A stretch of 64,000 bases of DNA, from sequence record OZ035743.1, one strand, 5' to 3'. A program made the translations under genes and the position numbers. The DNA is from Phapecoctavirus DIJ07P1. The notes under the pieces were generated by a model that saw only the letters and a program-made list of their open reading frames with translations, did not search any database and had not been told where the DNA came from. Shown one piece after another: positions 19,131 to 28,888 of this stretch (position 1 is its first letter; the number at the start of each line of letters is the position of its first letter).

Positions 19131-19603
19131 TGGCAGATTTAACTACGATCAAAGTTTCTGATCTTACACAAACAACCTCTGTGTCTGATACAGATTTCTT
19201 TGTAACAGATCAAGCTGGAATAACAAAGAAAACTTCTTTGAAAGTGCTGTTGAGTGGTGCAGGGGTAACTAGAAACCGTTTAAATGCACGGGGAACAGTG
19301 ACTAGCACCTTGGCATTAGATATTAGTTCAGCAGAATATTTTTCGGCAACCTTATCTTCTGCAACGTGCACAATTAGTTTTACTAATATTCCAGTAGCAA
19401 CAAATGCAGTTTTAAACTTTACTTTAGCTTTGCGTCAAGGAAGTGGTGCAAATAAAGTCGTATGGCCTTCTTCTGTAAAATGGAGTTTTGGTCGTTCCCC
19501 AGTTTTGAGTTATCGTCAAGGTGCAACAGACACTTTTGAGTTTATCAGTTATGATAATGGAGCAACTTGGACAGGTAGCTTAGTTTTAGCAGGAGTTATT
19601 TAA
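19130..19603 (+). CDS. hypothetical structural protein
   Basis: start overlaps upstream stop. Confidence 0.3.
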   Translation: MADLTTIKVSDLTQTTSVSDTDFFVTDQAGITKKTSLKVLLSGAGVTRNRLNARGTVTSTLALDISSAEYFSATLSSATCTISFTNIPVATNAVLNFTLALRQGSGANKVVWPSSVKWSFGRSPVLSYRQGATDTFEFISYDNGATWTGSLVLAGVI

Positions 19604-22479
19604 TGTCAAGAGTTAAGCACAATATTGACAACACGTTTCAGTTGATTGAAGGGTTGGTTCAGTTTTTGGAAAGAAATACTGGGCTTACCATAGATCCTAC
19701 GGTTCAGCATTACATTATCAACCCACAAAACGTATTGGCGAACAACAGACACTTTATTAACTGGACAGCGCAGGAAGGGCAACCAAACGGTGACGCTACT
19801 ACCGAAGGTCAATCTGTGCTTATCACTGGTTTTGCTTATGCATATTTGGCTACAGGGGATAAAAAATATCTTGAATCTGCCGAGAAGTATTGGCAAGCCT
19901 ATATAGATCACTTCTTCGGGGGCCAACCTATTCCTGATCCTCCAGCTAAATATCGTCCCAACTGGATCATCAATGGTAAAGAACCACGTTTAGCACATTA
20001 CCCTCTCACAGATGATGGGTATCCTACGCATGGCGGGTTCAAAGGTAGCATGATGACTTGGATTAACGGAAGGACTGTTATTCCTAAAGGTGCACCGCAT
20101 TGGGGGGAATACTTAGATAAAGCTTGGTTTGCTTTCAATGGCAATCTTGGTTGGAACTCCGTTAACGCAACAGTTTATGCAACTAACCCAGATGGTTCAA
20201 CCAACTGGAAAGAATATGGAGATCAGTGGGACGTTGAATGGATTATAGATCGTCTAGGACGTAAAGTTGATTGGGACGGTAACATTTTATCTACAGGGCA
20301 CAGCTTCGCAGAATATGGAACAGTGCAACTTAAAAATGCTTCTGTGAACGGTGATTACAAATTCAACTACGCTACATGCAACCCTGTAGAACACGGTGGA
20401 TATCTGCTTAAGCGTAACGAGATGTGGCATAACCGTCCTGTAAACGTTCCGGTAGAGTTAGGTTATCAAGATAATGCTTCCGATGCTGAAACGTGGTGGT
20501 GTGATGCAAACTACCTGATGTATCAGATCACAGGAGAGAGAAAATACTGGCTTTGCTGGCAATCTTCTTTATTGTTGTGTCAAGACTACTCAAACATCGA
20601 TATGTTTGATAAATTCTTCCGTAGATCTACGACAGCAATAATTCCTTTTACAGATGGTATCTCGTATGATTACTCATACCCATCTACAGCAATACCTAAA
20701 TATTCTCGTGACGAGTTAGGATACACAGTAATTCGCCAAGATGTTGCAGCACAAACAACTCTAGAACAACAAGCAGTTTGGTTCAGAGTGGATCAGAATT
20801 CAAAACTGCGTATTGAGTTTCAAGGTGTAGATGATGCAGGGGAAGGTGTTCTTTTCCGTCCAGAGTTAGAATTAAGCAAGACTAAGAGTGAAACAGACAC
20901 AGTGACATATCGTTGTGGCTTACCTCTTGGTGCAGCTAATATGACTAAGATGGATATACCTTTATCCAATTTTATGCGCACTGAACCTCCTGGAGGTGGT
21001 GTATATATTATTGCTGAACCTAGAATCATTGTTGACTGGGGAAGCAATACTGTGATACAATATAAATATGCAACTGGTATTGCTGGGACAAATAGTGATC
21101 AGATAGTTTCTGCTAATATGGATTCAGATGGTGGTTTTACTATTGGGTTTTGGTTAACACCAACTAAAACAACCAATTTAAAATCTATTACGTATCGTTC
21201 ATACGCAGATGATTTTAACATCACTATTACGGATTCCGCAGGTTGGAGATGGTGGGCCATGTTAGAAAAAACAAATTCTGCATGGGTTACTAAAGCTTTA
21301 AGTCCTGCTGATTTCAAATTAAGTACTTGGCAACCTAATCACAATGACACAGAGACAAAACCTTCGTCAATAAACCTGACTGCTGTTGATCAGATTAACA
21401 TTGCATTGGATTCTGAACCTGCAAATGGTTTGACAGGGGCAATAGACTTTTATTGCGTTAACGATATCCCATCTTTGTATTCTTCAGCCACTGGCGATGA
21501 TTACACAATGTACTTCAGGGTTACAGTTTCATCTGAAAAGCCTTATACAGCAAAACTTGGAGATTGTACGATACTGGACTACAAACTTGATAGTTTGAAT
21601 TATACTCCAGGAATCATTCCATTTTCCAATATTAGTGATCCTAACACAGCATTATATGATGGTTGGCGTGGTATTCCTTACCCAGGTTATCAATACCCAT
21701 CCTTATATTGTTTTAAAGGGAGAGATATTGACTGGGTTCGTATGAACAACAGTATAGACTTTTTATATGATTCACAAATGTGGTTTTATAATAAGTTTGC
21801 CCCTGTGATGCCTGGGCCAATGGCACAAGCTTATGTTTGGGATCGTTGGGATGCTCATAAATACGGAAATAAAAATGAGTTCACAATGTATCATTGGAAC
21901 GATAAAGCTTGGGATGGTTATGAAGCACGAGCATTCTTCTGTGCGTGTCATACAGTATACGAACTGAAGCAGCGAGGAGCAGAAGTTCCTGCAAAACTTT
22001 TAACAGTTTGTAAAAACTGGATCAATTATCTGAAGTGGTTCCAAGATAACAACGAAGGAAGAACACCAACAATATTTTATCCCAACGGAGAAGTGGCTGC
22101 GCCTGTAGATGACTTTACAAGTCACATGTCTGCGCTCTTTATGGCGGGATGTGCTATAATGGGGATGGCTGGATATGATTCAGAAATTCCTAACATTAAA
22201 ATAGTAGCAGATCGCTGTTTTGAACTTATTCAGGAAAATTATATTGTTCTTGGTCCTAATCACGTTATGAATGGTTGTTGGAGTGCTGCTCCTAGACCAG
22301 ACAGTGATAACGGAGTCTTCTTTGGCTTCCACGCCGGAGAGTTGTTACGTGGTTTTGGGTTGTATGCCTTATACAAAAAACTTAATCCCCAAAATGCATT
22401 ACCTGTTTTGGATTCGAGCAATATTCCTGCACTTACTGTTTTGACAATGGCAAACATTAGTGTGGACGTTACCGAGTAA
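19603..22479 (+). CDS. large (958 aa) baseplate-module protein of unknown function
   Basis: long ORF, W/Y/N-rich; no motif recognised. Confidence 0.35.
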   Translation: MSRVKHNIDNTFQLIEGLVQFLERNTGLTIDPTVQHYIINPQNVLANNRHFINWTAQEGQPNGDATTEGQSVLITGFAYAYLATGDKKYLESAEKYWQAYIDHFFGGQPIPDPPAKYRPNWIINGKEPRLAHYPLTDDGYPTHGGFKGSMMTWINGRTVIPKGAPHWGEYLDKAWFAFNGNLGWNSVNATVYATNPDGSTNWKEYGDQWDVEWIIDRLGRKVDWDGNILSTGHSFAEYGTVQLKNASVNGDYKFNYATCNPVEHGGYLLKRNEMWHNRPVNVPVELGYQDNASDAETWWCDANYLMYQITGERKYWLCWQSSLLLCQDYSNIDMFDKFFRRSTTAIIPFTDGISYDYSYPSTAIPKYSRDELGYTVIRQDVAAQTTLEQQAVWFRVDQNSKLRIEFQGVDDAGEGVLFRPELELSKTKSETDTVTYRCGLPLGAANMTKMDIPLSNFMRTEPPGGGVYIIAEPRIIVDWGSNTVIQYKYATGIAGTNSDQIVSANMDSDGGFTIGFWLTPTKTTNLKSITYRSYADDFNITITDSAGWRWWAMLEKTNSAWVTKALSPADFKLSTWQPNHNDTETKPSSINLTAVDQINIALDSEPANGLTGAIDFYCVNDIPSLYSSATGDDYTMYFRVTVSSEKPYTAKLGDCTILDYKLDSLNYTPGIIPFSNISDPNTALYDGWRGIPYPGYQYPSLYCFKGRDIDWVRMNNSIDFLYDSQMWFYNKFAPVMPGPMAQAYVWDRWDAHKYGNKNEFTMYHWNDKAWDGYEARAFFCACHTVYELKQRGAEVPAKLLTVCKNWINYLKWFQDNNEGRTPTIFYPNGEVAAPVDDFTSHMSALFMAGCAIMGMAGYDSEIPNIKIVADRCFELIQENYIVLGPNHVMNGCWSAAPRPDSDNGVFFGFHAGELLRGFGLYALYKKLNPQNALPVLDSSNIPALTVLTMANISVDVTE

Positions 22480-22487
22480 GGGGTAAA

Positions 22488-24551
22488 ATGAAACAAGCTA
22501 TATTTACTGTCACGCGAGACAAGAGAGTAAATGCGAGTTCATTTAACTACACGACTGTTGATGGAACAGCAGTCGCTGGTAGAGATTATATTGCAAAATC
22601 GGGAACACTTGTGTTCCCTGATGATGCTGATTCTGCTACCATTGTGGTTGAAGTATTTGAACGACCAAAGAACTCAATAGATCTTAACTTCTCCCTCCAA
22701 GTTTCAGGGATTAGTCAAAATAACATGATGGTTGAAACGACCATCAATTGTATTATAACTACGATCCAAGAAAATACTACTCCAATAACTTGGACTACAA
22801 AAGACGTTAAAATGTTCTCTCCTATGTATTGGACAATAGATTCTCAAGCAACGGAAAGTTGTTCTATTGTATCTCATGGAGACTCTTTTACTGCAAGATT
22901 TGTAAACAGAACAGCAGCAGGTTTGGCAGGGGTTATCTGGAGCACAGTTGACAAATATGACCATAAAGGTGTTGGGTATTTACCCCACACAGATTTAAGT
23001 TCAGAGAAACTTTGGTTTAAAATGGAAATTAGTCAAAACATGCCAGGTTTTAAAGAAGAACCTTTGGTGCCAACTTTGACTGTAACCCTCCTGGATAAAA
23101 GTGTCCACTATGTTAGTTTAGGATTTTATGCTTCAGATATTTCAGAAGATGGTAAAACAGCCACAATCAAATTAGATTTTGGTAATATCTTCTCTGGTCC
23201 TAATAATGATATTCCTTTGGACATGAGTGCTGTAGATAATATTTTCTTCTCTTTGATTACAGCAAGGTATGAAGAAATAGAAGAGATTGTGCCTATTGAT
23301 AGTCAAGAGGCTTGGTTTACTTTCACTCTTCTTGAACCTACTTCTGGTTATAGTACGATGAAAGTCAGTAACCTTGTCCAGCCTGAACATGATATTCGCA
23401 TGTGCACATCTTATGACGATATGTATAACCTGACTCCAGAGAGAGTTATTTATAATACATATGCACTAGGTTATCGTGGAATGATTAACCATTACAATGG
23501 AATGTCTCACTATTATGAGTTCTCATGGAACGGAACATCTTGGGCTTTAAACAGATCTGTCTTCTTGAATCCCGCTACAGAAGCTTGGCTAAATAGTTTC
23601 CATTCTATAGCGAACGAGAAGGGTTACACAATAATGAACTCTTTAAGTTTTGAGTTGATGAGCACAGTTTGTCCTGTAGAATGGGTCCAGCATGATTGGA
23701 ACGATGCTCTTGCAGCAACAGGGTATGAGCCTCCTAGTTACGTATTGTCTCCAACTATTGACGAAGGTATGGAATATTTGCAAAATGTTATTAATAAAAT
23801 AGCATCTATTTCGCAAGCTAATAATATTCCAGTTGTCATTCAAATTGGTGAGCCTTGGTGGTGGTATAATACAGCGAGTAAAATGCCTTGTATATACGAT
23901 TACACTACTAAACTAGCATTCAACACAGAAACAGGTTTATTTGCACAAGATGTAGGAACAATAGATAATTATAAAACAGGAACACCGTTTGACGAATACT
24001 ATGCATTTTTGTCTCGTAAACTAGGATTAAGAGTTACAAAGTTTGCAACAGATACTAGATTAGCCTATCCTGGAGCTAAAGTTACATTATTACCATTTGT
24101 GCCATCCATTTTAGGTAACGGTATGATGGAGTTTGTTAACTTCCCTAAAGATTATTATATCCCAGAAAACTTCGACTTTTATTGTTCAGAATGTTATGAC
24201 TGGTTGTTGGAAGGTAAGATGGAAAAATCTTTTGACGCTATCACAATACCTAATGAACAATTAGGTTTTAGTTATGATAAGATACATTATCTTGCAGGAT
24301 TTGTTCCAGATGCTACTCTTGCACCTTTGTATGGCTTCGATCCTGAATCAAACTACCGAACGTATCTTTGGAAAATGATTATAGGCAATATAGTATTGAA
24401 CACCAACAAGTTTGACGGACTTACACAATATATATGGGCCTATCCTCAAATAATGCACGATTCAATCACGGTAGTTAATTCTCAATCCCAAGTGTTCTAT
24501 ATGGGTAACGTGCCTTTGAACGTTTATTTACAGGATACAGTATATGCCTAA
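22488..24551 (+). CDS. large (687 aa) baseplate-module protein of unknown function
   Basis: ORF track; no motif recognised. Confidence 0.3.
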   Translation: MKQAIFTVTRDKRVNASSFNYTTVDGTAVAGRDYIAKSGTLVFPDDADSATIVVEVFERPKNSIDLNFSLQVSGISQNNMMVETTINCIITTIQENTTPITWTTKDVKMFSPMYWTIDSQATESCSIVSHGDSFTARFVNRTAAGLAGVIWSTVDKYDHKGVGYLPHTDLSSEKLWFKMEISQNMPGFKEEPLVPTLTVTLLDKSVHYVSLGFYASDISEDGKTATIKLDFGNIFSGPNNDIPLDMSAVDNIFFSLITARYEEIEEIVPIDSQEAWFTFTLLEPTSGYSTMKVSNLVQPEHDIRMCTSYDDMYNLTPERVIYNTYALGYRGMINHYNGMSHYYEFSWNGTSWALNRSVFLNPATEAWLNSFHSIANEKGYTIMNSLSFELMSTVCPVEWVQHDWNDALAATGYEPPSYVLSPTIDEGMEYLQNVINKIASISQANNIPVVIQIGEPWWWYNTASKMPCIYDYTTKLAFNTETGLFAQDVGTIDNYKTGTPFDEYYAFLSRKLGLRVTKFATDTRLAYPGAKVTLLPFVPSILGNGMMEFVNFPKDYYIPENFDFYCSECYDWLLEGKMEKSFDAITIPNEQLGFSYDKIHYLAGFVPDATLAPLYGFDPESNYRTYLWKMIIGNIVLNTNKFDGLTQYIWAYPQIMHDSITVVNSQSQVFYMGNVPLNVYLQDTVYA

Positions 24552-24804
24552 AGAAAGTGGTTTTAAAAAGTTTATTCGCGGAATGTTCTGCACTTACCCT
24601 GGTAACGGGGTAAGCTCTACAAAAGTCTGGAACGCTGTAGGCATGTCTGTTATGACAGGCATGTTTATCTTTTTAGGAATAGAAAAAGAAATTCCTGAAT
24701 GGATGGGTTGGGCTTTTGTTTTCATGATAACACCTTCTCGCCTCATGAAAAATCTTATTGATTTACGTTGGGGCAGATCACAATCTACCAAAGAGGACGA
24801 CTAA
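24544..24804 (+). CDS. small two-TM membrane protein with charged C-terminus (holin-like topology)
   Basis: two hydrophobic segments (VWNAVGMSVMTGMFIFLGI, WMGWAFVFMITPS) and KEDD tail. Confidence 0.3.
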   Translation: MPKESGFKKFIRGMFCTYPGNGVSSTKVWNAVGMSVMTGMFIFLGIEKEIPEWMGWAFVFMITPSRLMKNLIDLRWGRSQSTKEDD

Positions 24805-26291
24805 TGGATGAATATGGTTTGACAGATGCGGGATTTGTAATCCCGACTTTTGACGATGTTCTAAACAACTATATGACAGCAGTAAAAAACACATTTGGTG
24901 CAGATGCAGCCACTTCGGAAGATACTGTGATCGGACAACTGTTTAGAATAATTGCATACACAGATTACACATTGTGGGAAGGTATGCAAGGGGTTTATAA
25001 TACTCAAACACTGGATGGTGCAGAAGGTATCTATCTTGACGAAATCTTTTCTAAACGTGGTTTCTATCGAGCAGGGGCAGCAGCAAGTACAGGTTATGCA
25101 TATGTTAAAAGTAATAACAAAGCAGCTTGGACTTACGAGTTAGGCACAGATATTTACTTCAACTCTGATAGCGATATGAACTACTATGTCAGCACACCAA
25201 CTATGTTGAATGCTAAGATTGCAGCTTATCAAATTTCTCGTGCTAATGCAACTGCTACAGGTGTTCCAAACATTACTTTTTATGCACAAAGTGCGATAGA
25301 TGGAGGACTAAACAGTAAAACACTTGCACCTGGTTCTTCTACATTTATAGCCGATCTTGAAACTTTTATCAAGGCAAACTTAACAGAGGCTGATCGTAGT
25401 CTTGTATTTTCTGATTCTGGTAACTTGTCAATTGGTTTTACTTCTTTAACCAGTGATACTCCAGTGGGACTAGTAACTCCTATCAAATTTTATGCTAGTG
25501 TTCCAGTTGGAACCAAATGGAGTGAAATTCCGGTAGTTGCAGCAGAGAAAGGATACAATCCGGTGGGTGTGGAGTCTATTACAGGGATATCTTCTACCTT
25601 TACAGGTTATCTTGATAGTGGTAACTTCTATTCGTTTTCTCCTGGTCGAGATGTTGAGACAGATGCAGAATTCCGCTCTCGTTTCAATGACAACGTTGAC
25701 GAAGCTAACGCAGGGACACGAGCAGCTATTGTGAAAGCTCTGTTACTTACAGATGGTGTTACTAAGGTGAAGATTTATGATAACCCTACGTTACATGATC
25801 AAGAACATGCTCCAGCTATGACTTTCCAGACTATAGTCTATGGAGGGAGTGCTGAAGAAGTTGCTGAAGTTATTTACAAAACTAAACCAATCAATAGTTT
25901 GACACATGGAACAACTCACATAACTGTTACAACGGAAGACGGAGGACAAGAAATTATTCGTTTTTCTCCTGGTGCTTCTGCTACGTATTCCGTAAAACTT
26001 GTTTATCAAACTGTCAACGGAACAACTTTAAGTGGAACAGAAAAACAAAATATTGTAGAAGCTTTACAAAACCTGCAAGCTTACTTTGAATTAGGTTCTT
26101 CAGTAACGAACGATCAAATCAAAGGTGTTATTTATGCAGCACTTGCTTTTGGACGCTTGACTTCTCTTCGTGTTTATGTTAAACTTAATACTGAGGATGA
26201 CAGTAAATATACAGAGAATAATATAGTTCCTGCTTATAATGTTGTCCCTTCTTTTGACCTTGATAACATTTCTTACGAGTATGGAGTGTAA
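24804..26291 (+). CDS. baseplate J-like protein
   Basis: ATG overlaps upstream stop (TAATG); position before gpI-like gene and tail fiber. Confidence 0.4.
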   Translation: MDEYGLTDAGFVIPTFDDVLNNYMTAVKNTFGADAATSEDTVIGQLFRIIAYTDYTLWEGMQGVYNTQTLDGAEGIYLDEIFSKRGFYRAGAAASTGYAYVKSNNKAAWTYELGTDIYFNSDSDMNYYVSTPTMLNAKIAAYQISRANATATGVPNITFYAQSAIDGGLNSKTLAPGSSTFIADLETFIKANLTEADRSLVFSDSGNLSIGFTSLTSDTPVGLVTPIKFYASVPVGTKWSEIPVVAAEKGYNPVGVESITGISSTFTGYLDSGNFYSFSPGRDVETDAEFRSRFNDNVDEANAGTRAAIVKALLLTDGVTKVKIYDNPTLHDQEHAPAMTFQTIVYGGSAEEVAEVIYKTKPINSLTHGTTHITVTTEDGGQEIIRFSPGASATYSVKLVYQTVNGTTLSGTEKQNIVEALQNLQAYFELGSSVTNDQIKGVIYAALAFGRLTSLRVYVKLNTEDDSKYTENNIVPAYNVVPSFDLDNISYEYGV

Positions 26292-26293
26292 AA

Positions 26294-26923
26294 ATGGCAG
26301 TGAGTGTTGACCATGTAACAACTTGGGCCAGTATCAATGAAGACGTTAAAAACCTTCTGATTGAAGATTTTAAATCTTCTCCTAACATTGTCAAGCTCCT
26401 CTACATCGTATCCAGTGAAAAGCAAAAGATAGATCAGGCAATGATCTATCTTGCTAAACACCGCTTGATCTCCACAGCCACAGGCAAATACCTAGATATC
26501 TTAGGAGAAGAAATGGGGATCGAACGTAATGGCTCTGATGATGAAGAGTATAGAACAATATTAAAAATCAGGGCTTACCGCGTAGCCTCCTCTGGGACTC
26601 GTGGTGACATAATTGATATCTTCGCCCGTTTCACAGGAACAGAGCGTGAAACGCTTAATACTTACGTAGGTTTGAATAAAACCTTTGATGTGTTTTTCTA
26701 CAACCTGTGTCTTCAATCTGATCAAGCTTTAGAGCAGTTGCTAAGTGTTTTCCCTATTATTAGTAGCTACCGTCTTGGAGCAAAAGCAGGATCAGCTTTT
26801 GGTTTTAGTTCTTATTATGCTACCAAACCGCCTCATGGTATTGGTGGTTTAGGTTCCCTGTACATGGAATCTACTGGGGATGAAACAGGACGCATGTGTA
26901 CGCTTCTCAAGCAAATAGATTAA
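26294..26923 (+). CDS. baseplate/tail protein (gpI-like by position)
   Basis: 209 aa between J-like gene and tail fiber. Confidence 0.3.
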   Translation: MAVSVDHVTTWASINEDVKNLLIEDFKSSPNIVKLLYIVSSEKQKIDQAMIYLAKHRLISTATGKYLDILGEEMGIERNGSDDEEYRTILKIRAYRVASSGTRGDIIDIFARFTGTERETLNTYVGLNKTFDVFFYNLCLQSDQALEQLLSVFPIISSYRLGAKAGSAFGFSSYYATKPPHGIGGLGSLYMESTGDETGRMCTLLKQID

Positions 26924-26932
26924 GGAGTTTAA

Positions 26933-27994
26933 ATGGCGAAGCCAATATATTATCCTGACTGGGCTACACAAACTGTAACGCTCCCAGGAACTTTAAACAC
27001 AAACAAAATTAGACCTAAAGAAACCATCCGCACAGTTGGTATGGATTATGGTCAAATCATGACTTGCGAAGAAATGAACTGGATTCTTAATAATATCGGT
27101 TTATGGATTCGCTATTTGGTGGATGACTTTCTTCCAACTTTACCTAATACCTACTTGCCTTTAGTTGGAACTAAGATTACAATGGCAGGTGATGCTACTG
27201 GTGAGGCTACTTGGAACGGTAACAAAGAAGTTACTTTATCTATCCAAGTTCAAGATAACAGTCATAATCACTTGTCGGCAAACATTACGGATGCCACTAG
27301 TTCAATAGTAACACCAAATGTGTTGGTAAAACGTGATGCAGGTGGTGCTATTTATGGTGGTGATGTTTATGTTAACGGTACTTCCACAACAGATCCTGCA
27401 ACCCTGTTTTTCAAGAACTTTGCAGGACAGACTAATGGTGAGATTTCTGCCGAATACCAAAGTGGAGGTCAGCTTTATATTTATCGTAGAAATCCTAGCA
27501 CAGGTAGTGTAGCCGCAGGTGTTCGTTTATATGATGCAGGTTATGTTCTAATAGACAATCCAAGATCAAACAATGGACAAGACACTTCTAACGGAAATGC
27601 CTTGGTTCGCTTAGATTATCTGAATTCTCGTTTGACTTCTCTTCAGAACACATTGCAAACGAATATTAATACTGTTCAAAACAACCTGAATAGTGTTAAC
27701 AGCAACCTCTCTTCCCGTATAAACAATGTAGAAAGTAATCATCAAAGTCAGATTACAAATAACTACAACTATGCTAATGGAACCTTTGTAAGAGATATTC
27801 GTTACACTAGCCAAGGTGTGTATTATCCACCAGGGAACGAAGTTTCTTGGACTTATATCTGTTCTTCTGGTTATGTTCTTTCTGGTATTATTGTCCAGGA
27901 AACAGGGCGTAGTTCTGCGGATAACATCGGTGGGGTTTATTTCAAACGCCTCCAGCGCAACGTTAACGGAAACTGGTACGATATCGGAGGCTAA
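26933..27994 (+). CDS. tail fiber protein
   Basis: 353 aa, N/S/T/G-rich, followed by probable fiber assembly gene. Confidence 0.4.
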   Translation: MAKPIYYPDWATQTVTLPGTLNTNKIRPKETIRTVGMDYGQIMTCEEMNWILNNIGLWIRYLVDDFLPTLPNTYLPLVGTKITMAGDATGEATWNGNKEVTLSIQVQDNSHNHLSANITDATSSIVTPNVLVKRDAGGAIYGGDVYVNGTSTTDPATLFFKNFAGQTNGEISAEYQSGGQLYIYRRNPSTGSVAAGVRLYDAGYVLIDNPRSNNGQDTSNGNALVRLDYLNSRLTSLQNTLQTNINTVQNNLNSVNSNLSSRINNVESNHQSQITNNYNYANGTFVRDIRYTSQGVYYPPGNEVSWTYICSSGYVLSGIIVQETGRSSADNIGGVYFKRLQRNVNGNWYDIGG

Positions 27995-28540
27995 ATGATA
28001 TTTACAAATTTTAAAAGATATATTCCCGAAGATCCCGAACTAAAAGAATTGGTAGAAGTAGAGAACATTCTTTTTCTTCGTTGCGATCAAGGTTACGATT
28101 GGTATGATTTACGTAGCACAGAATTCAATAACGATAAAATGAAAGTCGTTTTTGACGATCAAAATCGTATTGTGTTTTGGAACACTGATCCTACATTACT
28201 TTGCCCTGAAGACCTTTCTATAGCACAAGTGGACTTTAATATAGACACTTTTGAGGATATTAGAAACAAGGTTCTGGATTTAGAAACTTTGACTCTTAAG
28301 GATAAAGAGTATTCCCGTGAAGAGTTGATGACACAAGCTAGTGCAAAAATTCGCTCTTTACAAGAAACAGCGGTAGCACTTATAACACCTTTACAGTATG
28401 CTAAAGATTTAGAAATGGCTACTGAAGATGAATTAGCTTATCTTAAAAATCTTCAAGTTTATGTGGTTAAACTAAACCGTGTTCCGCTTCAAAAAGACTA
28501 TCCTTACACTATAGATTGGCCTACATTACCAACGGAATAA
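27995..28540 (+). CDS. tail fiber assembly protein
   Basis: 181 aa immediately after fiber gene, start overlapping stop. Confidence 0.35.
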   Translation: MIFTNFKRYIPEDPELKELVEVENILFLRCDQGYDWYDLRSTEFNNDKMKVVFDDQNRIVFWNTDPTLLCPEDLSIAQVDFNIDTFEDIRNKVLDLETLTLKDKEYSREELMTQASAKIRSLQETAVALITPLQYAKDLEMATEDELAYLKNLQVYVVKLNRVPLQKDYPYTIDWPTLPTE

Positions 28541-28549
28541 GGGATCATT

Positions 28550-28885
28550 ATGGAATTTCAAGAAGCATGGGGACTTGCAAAGGATGCAATAATCCCTTTA
28601 ATCGGAGTCATCTGGTTCTTTTTCAAACAAAAAATGGATAAATTCGGCTCTGATCTTGAGGAAATGGAGGAGAAAAGTCGAGAGCTAGAGAAGAAGTTGG
28701 TCTTTGTTGAATCAACTTATGCAACTAAAGCCGAACTTACCCAGATGCTAAATCAAATTAACTCTACATTAATGGCAAATAATAACACTCTTGAGCAAAA
28801 AATTGAAAAGATTATGGACCTCAAGAATGCGACTATCCAAATGATGCTAGATGACATAGTTAAACGTACACAGAATAAGGGGTAA
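28550..28885 (+). CDS. single-TM coiled-coil membrane protein
   Basis: N-terminal hydrophobic segment IIPLIGVIWFFF then helical region. Confidence 0.3.
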   Translation: MEFQEAWGLAKDAIIPLIGVIWFFFKQKMDKFGSDLEEMEEKSRELEKKLVFVESTYATKAELTQMLNQINSTLMANNNTLEQKIEKIMDLKNATIQMMLDDIVKRTQNKG

Positions 28886-28888
28886 TTA

